Assembly (NCBI RefSeq): GCF_009914755.1
Contig: NC_060926.1
DNA: 64,000 nt
DNA from: the human T2T-CHM13v2.0 reference genome, Homo sapiens
Reading direction: 5' to 3' (one strand)
Numbering within the stretch: position 1 is the stretch's first letter; each line of letters starts with the position of its first letter. Both the position numbers and the translations under genes were made by a program. Under the pieces are notes generated by a model. That model did not search any database. It was not told the origin of the DNA and worked only from the letters and a program-made list of their open reading frames with translations. Shown here piece after piece: positions 43,567 through 57,143 of this stretch.

Positions 43567-44642
43567 TATCTTTGCAAGGATTTTCTAAAATCATTATTCT
43601 GCTCAAAGAACTTTTAGCTTTATTGATTTTTTTTCTCTTTTGCCTTTTTCTTTCATTGATTTTCTACTTACCTTTTCCTACTTTCTACTTATGGAGATTT
43701 AATTTTTTATTAGTTTATTAGCTTGAAACTTTCTTCTTTTCTCATATGAGGATTTAAATAGATAAATTTATCTCAAAGCTCTTCTTTAAATGCATTCTAT
43801 ATATTTAAATATATTGTGTTTTCATTATCATGCAGTTTGAAATATTTGCTAATTTCACTTGTGATTTCTTCTTTGACCTATGGATTATTTCACAGTGTGT
43901 TATTAACTAGCAAATATTTTAGGATTTTCTAATATCTTACTGTTATTGACTTCCAATTTAATTCTGTTCTGGTCATAGAATACATCCTGTACTATTTCGT
44001 TTAATTTTTAAGACTTGTTTTGTGGCATATCTAAGTGAATAGTCCGTGTGTACTTCAAAAAGAACACATATTCTACAGTTGTTGAGGATAGTGTTCTATA
44101 GATAGCAGCTATATTAAATTTATTGAGTATATTATTAAAATCTTTTCCATTTTTTTGTTACTTTCTATTTGTCCTATCAATTGCTGATGAAGTAATGTTA
44201 AAATTTACAATATTTGTCTGTTTCTTCCTTTAATTGTGACATTTTTTGCTTCATCAGTTTGAAGCTCTGTTTTAATGAGGTACATGCACAGTTAAGATTG
44301 CTACATCTTCACAATAAATTGGCTTTCATTATGCAATGTTCTTCTTAATCTCTTGTAATACTCCTTATATTAATATCAAATTTGTCTGAATTAATATAGC
44401 CATAGAAGCTTTCTTAGAACTAGTATTTGCATGAAATACATTTTCCACATCTTAATCCTATCTGTGTCTTTATATCTAAAGTGATAAGTAGCATATGGTT
44501 TGGTTTTGCTTTATTATCCCCATTAATAATCTGTACCTTTCAAGTTTTAAAACATACTTTCAATATAATAATTGATTCTTAAGTTTTTAATTACCTATTC
44601 TTAGTTACAATTCCTTAAGCTTTTCTTAAGAGTATGATTAGT

Positions 44643-44933
44643 GGACAGGCACCGTGGCTCACGCCTGTAATCCCAGCACTTTGGGAGGCCAAGGTGGGCA
44701 GATCATGAAGTCAAGTGATGGAGACCATCCTGGCCAACATTGTGAAGCCCTGTCTCTACTAAAAATACAAAAATTAGCTGGGCGTGGTGGCAGGCACCTG
44801 TAGTCCCAGCTATTCGGGAGGCTGAGGCAGGAGAATCCCTTGAACCTGGAAGCAGAGGTTGCAGTGAGCCGAGATCACGCCATGGCACTCCAGCCTGGTG
44901 ACAGAGCAAGACTTCGTCTCAAAAAAAAAAAAG
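44643..44933 (+). mobile_element. AluSc-like
   Basis: GAGACCATCCTGGCCAAC, CAGCCTGGTGACAGAGC; TSD aagagtatgatta/aagagtatcatta. Confidence 0.95.
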
Positions 44934-45213
44934 AAGAGTATCATTACCATATTTGTTTTGTTTTCTATATGTCTTATTTGTTGCTTCTTTGTTCTTCCTT
45001 TCTTTTCCTGCCTTTCGATCAGCTTCTTATCAATTTTATCACCATTATTTGCTCCTTAGCTGTATCTTTGTCTTAATGCTTTAATAAATGCTCTGATGAC
45101 ACAATGCATTCTTAACTCATAGTAATCTAACTTTAATTAAAATCTTATCACTTTAAATGTAAGAAGCTTGTAGTATTTTTCAACATAACCTATTTCCTGT
45201 TCTTGATGCCGTC

Positions 45214-45265
45214 TATATATATATGTGTGTGTATATATATATATATATGTGTGTGTATATATATA

Positions 45266-45296
<31 letters not shown>
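45214..45296. repeat. Compound (TA)n(TG)n microsatellite
   Basis: Alternating TA and TG blocks, ~83 bp. Confidence 0.95.
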
Positions 45297-45302
45297 GCAT
45301 AG

Positions 45303-45594
45303 ATTTTTTTTTAAGACAGGGTCTTACTCTGTTGCACAGGCTGGACTACAGTTGCTCAATCTCAGCTCACTGCAAGCTCTGTCTCCTGGGTGCAAGTGAT
45401 TCTCCTGCCTCAGCCTCCCTAGTAACTCTGATTACAGGCGCCCACCACTACACCTGGCTAATTTTTGTATTTTTAGTAGGGACGTGGTTTCACCACGTTG
45501 GCCAGGCTGGTCTTGAACTCCTGACCTCAGGTGATCTGCCTACCTTGGTCTCCCAAAGTGCTGGGATTACAAGCTTGAACCACTGCGCCTGGCC
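45303..45594 (-). mobile_element. Alu (Sx/Sz-like)
   Basis: Full antisense dimer. Confidence 0.93.
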
Positions 45595-46569
45595 ACATAT
45601 TTCTTGTGTACTAATTATAGAGCATAAGATAAATTGTAATCATATTTGTCTTAAACAGTCACTTGCCTGTTAAGGAATTTTACTTATGTTATTTATTTTC
45701 TTATATTTACTCACACATTTACCATTCCCACCACTCTTTATTTTTTCCTGTATATCCTAGTTTCTGGATTTATGGGATCCTTTAGATGGAAGAACTTCCT
45801 TTACAATATCTGTTGTGTTGGTCTGCTGACAACAAGTCTCTCAAGTTTTGCTTATCTGAAAACATGCCTTCACATTTGAATGATTATTTCATCTATGCAC
45901 AGAATTACCATGACAGTTCTATTAAGTGCTTCAGAGATGCCATTCCATTGTCTCCTGGTTTCTATTGTTTCTGATGAGAAGTTAGGCATAAATTGAATCA
46001 TTGCTCCTCTGTATGTAATGTGTTCTTACCCTCTTGCTGTTTTCAGTACTTTTCTTTTGCTTTGGATTTCATCAGATTGGTTATCACATGCCTGTGCATG
46101 CATGCGTATATGCATAAGTGTGTGTGGTGTGACAATTCATCCTACTTAGCATTCAGTGAGCTTCTCAAATCTGTGGGTTAAGTTTTTCTGTTAAATTTGG
46201 GGTAAAATTTGACCATTATTTATTGAAATAATCTATATGACTTTCCTTATCACTTTTTCTTCTAGGACTCCAATTGCATGATATCGTTCCACAAATCTCT
46301 GACATTTTCTTTATTTACTTTTCTCATTGTAACTCAGTTTGAACAATTCATCTTATCTTCTTTTTAAATTGACTATGTTTTTGTGCATGCTAGTCTGCTG
46401 TTCAGTCCATCTAATTACGTTTTTATTTCAAACATTATGTTTTTCTGTTCTAGAATGTCATTTCATTCTTTTATAGTTCCTATTTTCTCTCCAAATGTTC
46501 AATCTCTTTGCTCATTGAATCCATTCTTTCTTGTAAATTTTTTAACATATCAGTAATAAAGTTTTTGCA

Positions 46570-47030
46570 TGCTATATTCATTTTCTACTGCTACTGCAAC
46601 AAACCACCAAAAATTTAGTAGCCTAAACAACACAAATTTATTATTTTATAATTCTGGAGGTTAGAAGTCCAAGATGGGTTTCACTGGATTAAAATCAAGG
46701 TGTTATCAGGGCTACATTCCTTCTGGAGGAAGAATCTAGACATCCTAGGGGAGAAACTATATCCTTTCTCTTTACAGCTTCTACAGGCTGCTTCATTCCT
46801 TGGTTTATGGCCTATTCCTCCAACTTAACAGCCGGCAGCACAGCATCTTTAATTCTCTCTCTGACTCGGACACTCTTCTCAATGCCACTTTCGGTTATAA
46901 GGACTTTTTTGATTATATTGGATACTTTTCCCATCTCAAAGTCAGCCGATAAGCAACCTTATCTGCAACTTTAATTCCTCCTATAGCTTCTAGGGATTAG
47001 GACACTGACATCTCCAGCATTATTACCTCA
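46570..47030 (-). mobile_element. MLT1D/E-like LTR
   Basis: aaacaacacaaatttattattttataattctggaggttagaagtccaagatgggtttcactgg. Confidence 0.8.
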
Positions 47031-48203
47031 GTTACTATCAATAGTTGAGTCTACATGGGTCTGCTCTTATTAACCACTTTTTTTCTTGATTAGGGATCAC
47101 ATTTTCCCACTTCCTTATATGTTTCATATGTTTTCACTGAGTTTTAGATATTGTGTATAAAGAAGAGGCTGAAATATAATTATTTTTTATTTTGTTTATT
47201 TTCCAGACAATTTAAGCTTTTCCTTCTGACAATTATAGTAAGTGGTTGATGATTAAAATTTTTTCAAAAGTCAAGTTGATCTGGGACTGAACCATAATGT
47301 CAATTAGATTAAGTTCACATTTTGTTAACCCTACCTGTACCCTCCTCCTACGCCACTACCACTCAGGGGCTAATCATTTTGGGTTTTTACAGCATTTGAG
47401 CCAGGTAGCATAGGGGATAGACCAATGTTTCAAACAGCTTTGGCTCATGTTTGGATTCAACTTTCATGGGTCCTAAAACCTAAACACCTCAAGAATGCAT
47501 AAAATTGCATGAATTCACTTTGCTTTCAAGCTTCTCCTCTACTGCCATCTTCTCAGTGAAATTTTGACAAGGAGTGTGACAAGAGAATTGTCAATCCAAG
47601 TGATTTATTTTTGTGTTTAGAATTCATATAATAATCTGTTATGCCACTCACATTGTCTTTAAAGGTGTAGCTGATTTCTCCTTGTCCCTACAGTTTTTCC
47701 ATCTGTGTTATACCTACTCTTTCACTCACATGTTCCCAAATAAAGCCCTCAGGTATAGAAGCTACAGTGGTGCTCCTCTTACTCATAAATGGCTTATTCC
47801 TTTCTAGAATTCAGTTCACCAAGGCTTCACTGTGTTCTCTGCTAGTTGATAGCTGAAGAGTATAATATTTTTTTAATCCTGTTTTTTTATGTTGTCATGA
47901 TGGAAACAGAGGTCTTTTACATATTTTCATATACTAACTGGCATCAAAATTCTTCTGATATCCATAGAATGTTGCTTCAGAAAAAGAAAGGCAGAATTTT
48001 TATTGCTTAATAACTACTTTGTTAAAGTGATCACCTATTTTTAAATGAAGCTTTTGCCAGTTATTGAGACTATACTTTGAGGGCCATGAAGAGTAGGAAA
48101 GAGGAAGACAGAAGATAATCAGAAACTAATCTGGTCATAAATTACTGATCAACTAGCAGCCAATTTATTAGTTGATGGTGCCAACAGAAAAATTAAGTTT
48201 TGA

Positions 48204-48560
<357 letters not shown>

Positions 48561-49254
48561 TAAGGATATAGTAGATCTATGTAACAGCCTGTCGAAAGGG
48601 GACTCTGTTGTTTCCACTGAGACACCACTCAAGCCTCAGAATGAACTATTTCCACATTCTAAAGTGAAGAGCTAAATCTTCTATATAGGATAGGTAAAGG
48701 AAGTGGCCAAACACTGATTTTTTTTTTTATTCTTAACCTATTGCCCACTTTGAATGCATATAAGTGTCAAAGCTGAAGTGGTCAAGAAAAGAGACTTTTT
48801 GGTGAGAGCAGTCAGTGCCTGCATGTCCTTCCACTGCCCATTCCCATGGAGATGTAAAGACAGTACACCTTCTCTTCCCTCCCCTTAAGTCCAGTGGCAG
48901 AAGGGGTTTCAAAGAAACCATTCATACAACATGATATTTTGCCCCTTTTGTTTGAAGGACAACATGAACTCTAAACGCAAGAAGGTATGGCTTGGCCTAG
49001 AATAGCAAAGCTAAGAAAGACTGTACTGGGCACTAAGGTCAGTCCCATCAATGATTAGGTTAGGCCCTGTGAGTTTTTTGGTGGGCTAAATGGACAGATG
49101 GGATAAAGCTGCCATAAAAGTAATTTAAAGGAGACTATGACCAAGAAGCCATCTGGATGCATGATAAAACCCCAGTAGATAAATCTATTTTAGGAAAACA
49201 ACCAAGTGTCCAACTTCTAAAATTGTAGTTAAAAGTGTAAGAATATAGTTATTC

Positions 49255-49420
49255 TAGTTGGGAAAAGGAGTGAGTCACAAGTAGGGTTTCTAAAGTGCTA
49301 GTGTTATTCCATTTTTTGTTTAGGGCACTGATTACCCATTTGCATTTGTTTTATGAAAACACAGTGATTTACCCCTTTCTGTATGTATATTATACTGCAA
49401 TAAAAAGTTGTATTTTAAAT
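49255..49420 (+). mobile_element. L1ME 3' terminal fragment
   Basis: ctttctgtatgtatattatactgcaataaaaag. Confidence 0.5.
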
Positions 49421-49722
49421 TGCTGATTCTAACCAAGATTTTATTCAGAACCATAGAAAATTCTCAACTATATAATATTTAAAGGGATAGTAGGGTTAAT
49501 ATCATTGTACAGTACTGTATTAAATCCAGTTGACAAAATGACATTTCCATTGAACTTCAAATGTATTTACTGCAAACAGGAGCTTTGTTCTGTCAAAGCA
49601 ATTCTCTCAGTCATGCTAAAACTAAATTAAATTAAAATATAAATTACATTTATAAAGTTTATTTCACTAGAATTTGGTCAAAAAGGGAAATAAAAACTAG
49701 CTACACAATAAACTGTTTACTT

Positions 49723-50353
49723 TCTGGTAGGCAGAATTTTAAGTTGACCTCCTGTGACCTTTGTCTTTGTAAAATCTATTCCTCTTAAGCATGGGCAGAA
49801 CCTGCAAACTCAATGAGTTATCACTCTCATGATTATGTTATATTACATGACAAAAGGGATTTTTGCATATGTAATTAGTTTACTAATCAGTTGGCTTTGG
49901 TTAATCAGATGAGCCCTTTAAAAGCAGAGGATTTTCTCTGGTGAGTAGTGAGTAGCAGAGAGGAAGTCAGGTAGATTACAAGAGAGAATTGGAAAAAAGC
50001 TCGTGGCTTGAATATAGAGGGAAGCACATGGAAAGGACCTGAGAGAAGCTTCCAGAAGCTGAGAGCAGCCCCTGACTCACGGCCAGCAAGAAAATGGGGA
50101 CCTCACTCCTGTGGCCATAGGGAACTGAATTCTGCCAGCAAGAATAGACTTGGAAGCAGATTTTCCCCTCAAGCCTCTAAACAAGAACTCGGCTCTGCCA
50201 ACACTTTGATTTTGGCCTTGTGAGACCCTAAACAGGAAACTCAGTTTTGCCATACCAACATCTGACATAAAAAACCGTGAGCTAATACAATTGTGTTGTT
50301 TTAAGCTGCTGAGTGTGTGGTAATTTGTTATGTAGCAACAGAAAATGAATCCA
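49723..50353 (+). mobile_element. MLT1E-like LTR
   Basis: ggtaggcagaattttaag...gccagcaagaaaatggggacctca...tgtgttgttttaagctgctgagtgtgtggtaatttgttatg. Confidence 0.85.
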
Positions 50354-53300
50354 GACAAGACATAAAGATGAGCTACACCACCAAGACTAATGGTGGCTTT
50401 TGGGAATGACCACCTGCCTTGGTATCAGAATACATAAAGCTCTAAAATTTCCACACTTCAAAAAACACTAGTGTCTCTCTTTTACTACTCAAAGGTCACC
50501 AGATAGGATAATACAAAAGTATGAACATCATATGTTGTCTAAAAAAGGTTTCTCATAAATCTCTACTTGTCTTCCTTTTCTCTGACAAGTACATTTAAAT
50601 TTATAATCAGCAGAAAAAAATGCGACAATAATCTGGAATGACACTGGTTATTTAAAGAGCATTGAGACCATAGAAGTGGGAATTGCCCCTAAATAGTTGA
50701 AGATGCAGGGAGTAAATATTGTTGCTATATGACGGTGACTTATTAGAAGTCCACTCATAGAAACTGAGGATCTCTTTCCTAAGAGATTAAACATCTGGTT
50801 CTTCAGGACAAAGTTTGATATCTGTTATTACATTTGTATTTCTCACAGGTGTCGCAGTGTTAAATAATCAACATCTGCCTTCACTTGTGTTGAACAACCT
50901 TCTAGTTTTAGCTGAATTGTCTTAGAAGAGGACCTTATTGAAAATCCAGGAACACATTTTGTTTTTTAAGTTTTGAAAACATATTTTCTTTTAACATTAA
51001 GCTGTGGCATGTAAACAGTGGTCTGAAACATAACTGGACTCTTCGGGGCGTTGCAGCAAATTTCTCTGTTCACCTAACACTGTTTTCAACGTGCCCTCAA
51101 AACAGACAGCCTGGCAACTATGGGGTCAAGAACAAAGGTTATAGAGTCCAGCTGATATAGAGAGAAATGCCGACTTTACTGTTTATTAGCTGAGTTCATA
51201 ATATCTTCAAGTCTGTTTTCTCATCTCTATAAGAAGAATTTCCTTGACAAGCCAAGATGAGGATAACAATTTTCTTTCAGAGCCATGATGACAATTATGT
51301 AACAAATAAATTCAGAGTTTATAATTATTCTAACCCAACATGTAGTGCTTATTTTTTATTAATATTTATTCTGAAATCTAATTGTTTTAATCTCTAGCTT
51401 ATTACAAAATTCACCAAAAAATTCAGTTGTTCTTAAATTTTTTCTCTTGATGTTACCATTCATCAGAACACTTTTGCTTCTTTGTCAACAGTGCTTTACT
51501 CATCATTAAGGAATTAATACTACTAAAGTCACCAGACTGACTTAAGGACACTCTACAATGAAGCTTTGGTAGCTTATAGTAGATCTTAAAAAGGTCTTTT
51601 AAACACAATTCTCGAGTTGTTAATGGAGATATTTAGCACTTTCAGTAGAAGTTTATTCCTCCAGGCCAAAGGGACCACATTCTATTAATAGTCTGTATTT
51701 GGGTTGCTGTAACCTCTTTATACCAAATAACATTCAATAATAATCAATAATGATATGGTAGTGTTAATTTCCCAGGCTCTACAATGTCTAGCAAACGTTC
51801 TTTCTACACATGAAAACCATACTCATTATGCTGTACTTTTATATAAGAGTTTGAACTAGGCCATTCTGTATTTTATAAATTCAAAGCAAGACTTTATTAT
51901 TTATTCTAAATGTGAGAGCCTAGCTGTAGAGGTGGGCAGCCCCCACATAAGTAATCTGCTAATTAGGGCTAGTATGCATATCAGAAGCCAGCAAACTCCA
52001 ATTTGCATTGAATGCCAGCTGCATAACAATTTATCAGAGAAGCCCAGATAGGAGGGCAAAGAAATATCCCTTCCTTAATTATGAGCATGTGTATGCCTGT
52101 GCAAACCTGCATTTGTATGACCGAGCGTTCTGGGATAATAAGTTAATGCTATTAAGACTCATTACATATTCCTAATATGCATACCAATGCCTCTTACTGG
52201 GAATATGTTACATCCCAAGCTTGAAGTCTATGGTGACAAAGTCCAGTGAGAATGGAAAGAGGTTCAGCCACGAATGCCAGTAGATGTACTAATAAGGTTT
52301 TGTGACATTTTAGAAAAGATAGCACTTTTGATTATTGCACATATTAATTCAGTGTTAATGTCAGGTGATCTTGATTAATTATCATTTTTAAAAAGTTTCT
52401 GTTTTGGATGTAGACATCTAAATTTCTTGTGCTCATCTAAGAAAGAAAAAAATAAATACAAAGTGAAGAGCAAATTAGTGAGGGCCTACTTTGGCCTCAG
52501 ACCTGTTTTATTTGCCTAAAATTCTAAATTTAAATGCCATTTGGTAGCACATGTACAGTCAGCAGCAGATCGTCTTTGTGTTCGATGTATTCATTCGCAT
52601 TATCTGACTGGTCCCTGAAAACATTTGAGCTTGAGACTCCAGAAGTTCTCTTTGAGAGGCCAAACCAGGCAAGAGAATGTGACTCTGAATGTTTTGCCTA
52701 TTTGCTATGTGAGACCCTGATAAAGTAGAAATTCAGGATTCATGTGACCTAGGAGACTGTAACACACTGGGAAGTGTCCTGATTTGGGAGACAGGAGACA
52801 GTGCTCCATTAAATTCAATGACTGGATCCAATCAATGATTGAATTCATCCAATCACTTAATAATTCATTCATTCAGATGACCAGCTTGTATTTTCTGCAC
52901 CCCGGGTACCATTGTTGGGCTAAAACAATGAGCAATGATTATACTGCTTCCTAAGATTGCTGTAAGGATTTGAGCTGATAATGCCTTGGTTCTTCTTTTT
53001 GGATTCCTTTGCCTGCCTCTTTTTGTTTTTCTCTTGGTCAGCATCCCACCCATGCTTAATATTCCCTTTATGACTAGATAAGATGTTATTTAAAACTCCG
53101 AAATCAAAGAAAGAATTGATGTGATATTGGACAAGATATCCAGACTTTCTGAGCCTCAAGAATGTATTTTAGTTGAATAAACTGAAAACTCTTCTAGCTC
53201 TAAATGTTAGAATTCTATGATCATCTACATTATACCAAAATTAGTTTATAAAATAGAAAATAGTTATCTTCTAGAATTTCTAAAGCATGATATAGGAAAG

Positions 53301-54682
53301 TGATTTTTAAAAAATTATAAATTAACCTTATCAAATCAGAAAGTTTTCTTGTTCTTAAAACATTTCCAGTCCCCAAAGTCTATTTTGTATCCCCAAATTA
53401 AAAGGAGTTGGCATTAAGCCATTTCTAAATCAACCACACAGCTCTAAAATTCTGTTCTTCTATGGTCCCATTTGGACAGTGTCATGTTTGAGCAGTTTCT
53501 TCAGAAGGAGAAAGGAATTACCATTTATTGTGCCAAAAGCAGTGTACCAGGCACTAAGCAAGTTTATTTATATATATTATTTTATTTAGTCTTCATGAAA
53601 GGCATGAGAGAGTAACAAATGGCCAAGAACCTGCAGCTAATAAGGAGCAAGTAGAGTTGAGAAGCCCTCTGCCAAGCTCCAAAGTCCTCGGTCCCCTGAG
53701 GAACACACTGGGCATGCATTTTTATTTTCACTGCTTCCTGCTCTCTTCCTTTATCCACAAAAATCTATTACTTAGGAACTGTTTGTTGACCCACAGCTTC
53801 ACAAATTTAATATTCCTTTACTTATTTGACTTTTGCTGAGTGATTAAAATATCTAGTAACATAGAGCTTCATATCTCGTTTAAATAGTACACGTTGCTGT
53901 GAAGGGTAACTGACAAGTTTAAAAATTCTTTAATTTAGCAGCATTAAAATATGCAGTTCAGTTCCTGAATCGGTTCCTAAACACAATATCAATATTTCAT
54001 TCTCTGTAGTTCTGTCATCCAGAAGTGCCTATTAACCAACACATTTGTGTTTTGTAAATAGGTATTATCACAAGATAATTCTGATATTCAAGAAATACTA
54101 AGGGTTTTTTTTTCAATCTTCAGTTTTACTCTAATAAGTCTAATTTGTCATACTTGAATAATATTAAAATTGTTAATGCATAAATGGACTAAGATAAGTC
54201 TGTAATAATGAAAATATGTAATTATACTGAGTCTATCATATACTAACTTCAGCAGACATAACATGAAACAGGAAATTAAATCCATATTTATGTTATACAA
54301 ACACACAAAAAATTTTAATGACGTTTTTATCACTAAATTGTTGATATAATTAGATATTAAAATATTTATCATAAAACAAACATAATCAGTTAAAAAATTT
54401 TACATTAAGTATTTTTTTAACTAAGCCTAAACCTCGCCAAACGTTAAGTATTAATCATCATGAAACACCATCTGCAGAGCATAGCTTAAATAAATAAAAA
54501 TGTCTCTAAAGCAAAATAGTCTTATCTATCCATGCCTGACTCCTACACATTAATTTAACTCCTACATCTCTAATTGAAAAGCTTAGCCTAAGTATTGACT
54601 GGTCAGAACATGTAAGAATTATCTAGTTAAAACATTTGGTTGTCAGAAACATTTATAGTATTACATTTTCAACTCATTTCAG

Positions 54683-54745
54683 TTGAAAAGAATCTCAGTA
54701 TCAAAAGTTGTAGGATGGAAGATGATGTGGCAGAACAGAAAACAG
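54683..54745 (+). other. Candidate 63-nt exon (lncRNA or unknown transcript)
   Basis: ttttcaactcatttcag|TTGAAAAG...AAAACAG|gtaaga; near-consensus splice sites. Confidence 0.45.
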
Positions 54746-55045
54746 GTAAGACAAAAAAAATGGATAAAACATTTATGGTGCTTCATTTGTAATACAAAGC
54801 AAGGGGCCTCATGTACTCAAACAAATGAAAGCCTTCAGATTACCCTGTGTGGCTCTGGAAGCTCAGCCAAGAGCTGTTTTCCATAATCTATGGTAATACA
54901 CAGTTTGAACTGAAGGGATTCTCTAACCACTGAATGGCCAGATACCAACATCCTATATCATGACAGAGCCCAGATGTGGTCTTTCATTTGGTGGAGGAAA
55001 ATAGCACAATTATTTTTAAGGTGTTCTATTTTACCAAAGGCCTTC

Positions 55046-55401
55046 TGATATGGTTTGGCTGTGTCCTCACCCAAATCTCATCTTGAATTCTAGCTCCCAT
55101 AATTCCCACATGTTGTGGGAGGGACCCAGTGGGAGATAATTGAATCACAGGAGCTGTTTCCCCCATACTGTTCTTGTGGTAGCAAATAAGTCTCACAAGA
55201 TCTGATGGCTTTTAAGGGGTTTTTCCTTTCACTTGGCTCTCATTTCTCTCTTGCCTGCTGCCATGTAAGACATGCCTTTTGCCTTCCACCATGATTGTGA
55301 GGCCTCCCCAGCCACATGGAACTGAGTCCATTAAACCTCTTTTTCTTTAAAAATTACCCAGTCTCAGGTTTGTCTTTATTAGCAGCATGAGAACAAATAC
55401 A
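55046..55401 (+). mobile_element. THE1C-like MaLR solo LTR
   Basis: tgatatggtttggctgtgtcctcacccaaatctcatcttgaatt...attaaacctcttttt...aataca; TSD ccttc/acttc. Confidence 0.93.
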
Positions 55402-56203
55402 ACTTCCCATCACTGCTCTACTCATGGTGTAATAAATGTATCAATCAGCACTCACACATTCATAACAGCCAGCGAGACTCAAAACCAAGTAGAAAAGTGC
55501 AAAGCCATTGAGTCTGTCCACAAGGCTCATCCTTCCCTCCTGCATGTCCTCTCCACCCAGCACACTAGCATCCTCTAGCTTCTCCCTAGTTTTACAAAAG
55601 CATCTTATGTCAGCCTCCCTCCTCCTTAGTCCTTTTCAGGTCAAGCTATATATTATACCTTATCAGAGGCACAGGTAGGTTATTTATTTATGCATGAATG
55701 GATGTCATGACACACTTACTTATTCAGTCTCTCAACAAACATGTGCTGAGTATCCATTTTGTGCTAGGAGCTGCACTGGACACTAGAAAAATATCCCCTC
55801 AGTAAACTCAGTAAACACAGTGGTAAGAAAGATTGGCCCATGCTCAGTCATCCACTCTTCCACTTTGTTGCATTTTAAGAGGATAATATGTAGGCTTTAG
55901 CCTAAAGTAATAGACTCTAACTGAGGGATTTTAAGCAGAAATATACATATTTTAAATAGCAGTGACTCCCTCAGAACTCTCCAAGCCCAGGGCATGCACC
56001 CTTTCTCTCCATTCAAAAGATCAGCTGTGAGCACAGCATACAAATTGTTCAATGACATATTAAATGGAAATTTTCCTGTAATCTTAGAATTTGAAATTAA
56101 ATCTTAAGCAGGAGAAAGGGTAATAAATAACCTCACATTCTAAAAAGCAGCTGCTAGATACATCCCTGTGAATTTTTAAGGGTTGACAAAAATTAGTCCT
56201 CAC

Positions 56204-56383
56204 CTCCAAATGCTCCAAAGAGCCTATGCAAAGAGCAAAACAGAAATTCAGAAATTCAGGGAGGGTCATTCAGATTTAGAATTACCGGGTCTTAGAAATA
56301 CTTTGACTTTTCGTTTCTTCATGGGGTTGGGTAGAGGTACTCTCCTCTCACAAATAAAGGAAGGAAGATTCCAGAGACAATTC
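56204..56383 (-). other. Candidate exon pair (98 nt + 20 nt, 62-nt intron)
   Basis: Pyrimidine-rich acceptors; donors gtaatt and gtgagg; spliced frame open: NCLWNLPSFICERRVPLPNPMKKRKVKVFLRPGSLEHLE. Confidence 0.4.
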
Positions 56384-56695
56384 CTGATAATTGAAAAAGC
56401 AAGAAGAGGAGATATATGTTTCTCTTCCACGTGTATGATTACAACAGCTCAAATACCACAGTGGGGAAATCCTTGGGAAAGTTCGACCTGCTTCCCTTGA
56501 GTTTGGGAGGTACGTGGGCACTTTGAGACTGCTGCCTGCCTCTATCTTCAGAATTCCCGAGAAGGGAGATTGGCCGGAGCAGTTGCAAGGAAGGTGAGGA
56601 GAGAGGGCCAGCATGGAAGCAACCTGTACTCTCATCATTTGGCAGGTCCAGCCTGAAAGGGTACCATGAAAAATCCAAGTCATCTTGAAGGCACC

Positions 56696-57143
56696 TGATT
56701 CAATGCCTACTGCTACTGTAATGAATTACCACAAACGTAAAGGTTTAAAGCAATACAAATTTACCCTCTTACAGTTCCAGACATCAGAAGTCTAAAATGG
56801 GTCTGTAGGGTTGCTTGTCTTATGGAGGCTCCAGGAAAGAATCCACTATCTTGCCTGTTCTGGGTTGAAGAGGTTGCCTACATTCCTTGGCATGTGGCCT
56901 CTTCTGCCATCTTCAGAGCCAGCAACATAGCATCTTCTCTCCTCTCTGTCCTCTGCCTCCATCCTCAAATCTTCTATGACTGATCCTCCTGCTTCCCTCT
57001 GATAAGAACTCTTTTGATTGCATTTAGGCCCACTTGGATAAGCCATGATTATTTCCCCATCTCGAGATTCTTAAATCAACCATATCAACCAAAGTCCTTC
57101 TACCACATAAGGGAATATTAACTGTGTCTGGGGGTTATGACAT
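56696..57143 (-). mobile_element. MLT1D-like LTR
   Basis: aattaccacaaac...cttacagttccagacatcagaagtctaaaatgggtc...ccatcttcagagccagcaac. Confidence 0.8.

Larger units (their letters stand above)
43100..47250 (-). mobile_element. Old antisense L1 (L1M/L1ME) ORF1-ORF2 region, split by two Alus and an MLT1
   Basis: tgtttgatagaattctc...catctgggcctggag; ttctttgacctatggattattt; gagcttctcaaatctgtgggtt. Confidence 0.75.

Noticed and set aside
43409-43721. Arg/Lys-rich and Leu/Phe-rich ORFs
   Set aside because: Translations of a CT-rich low-complexity tract inside an L1.
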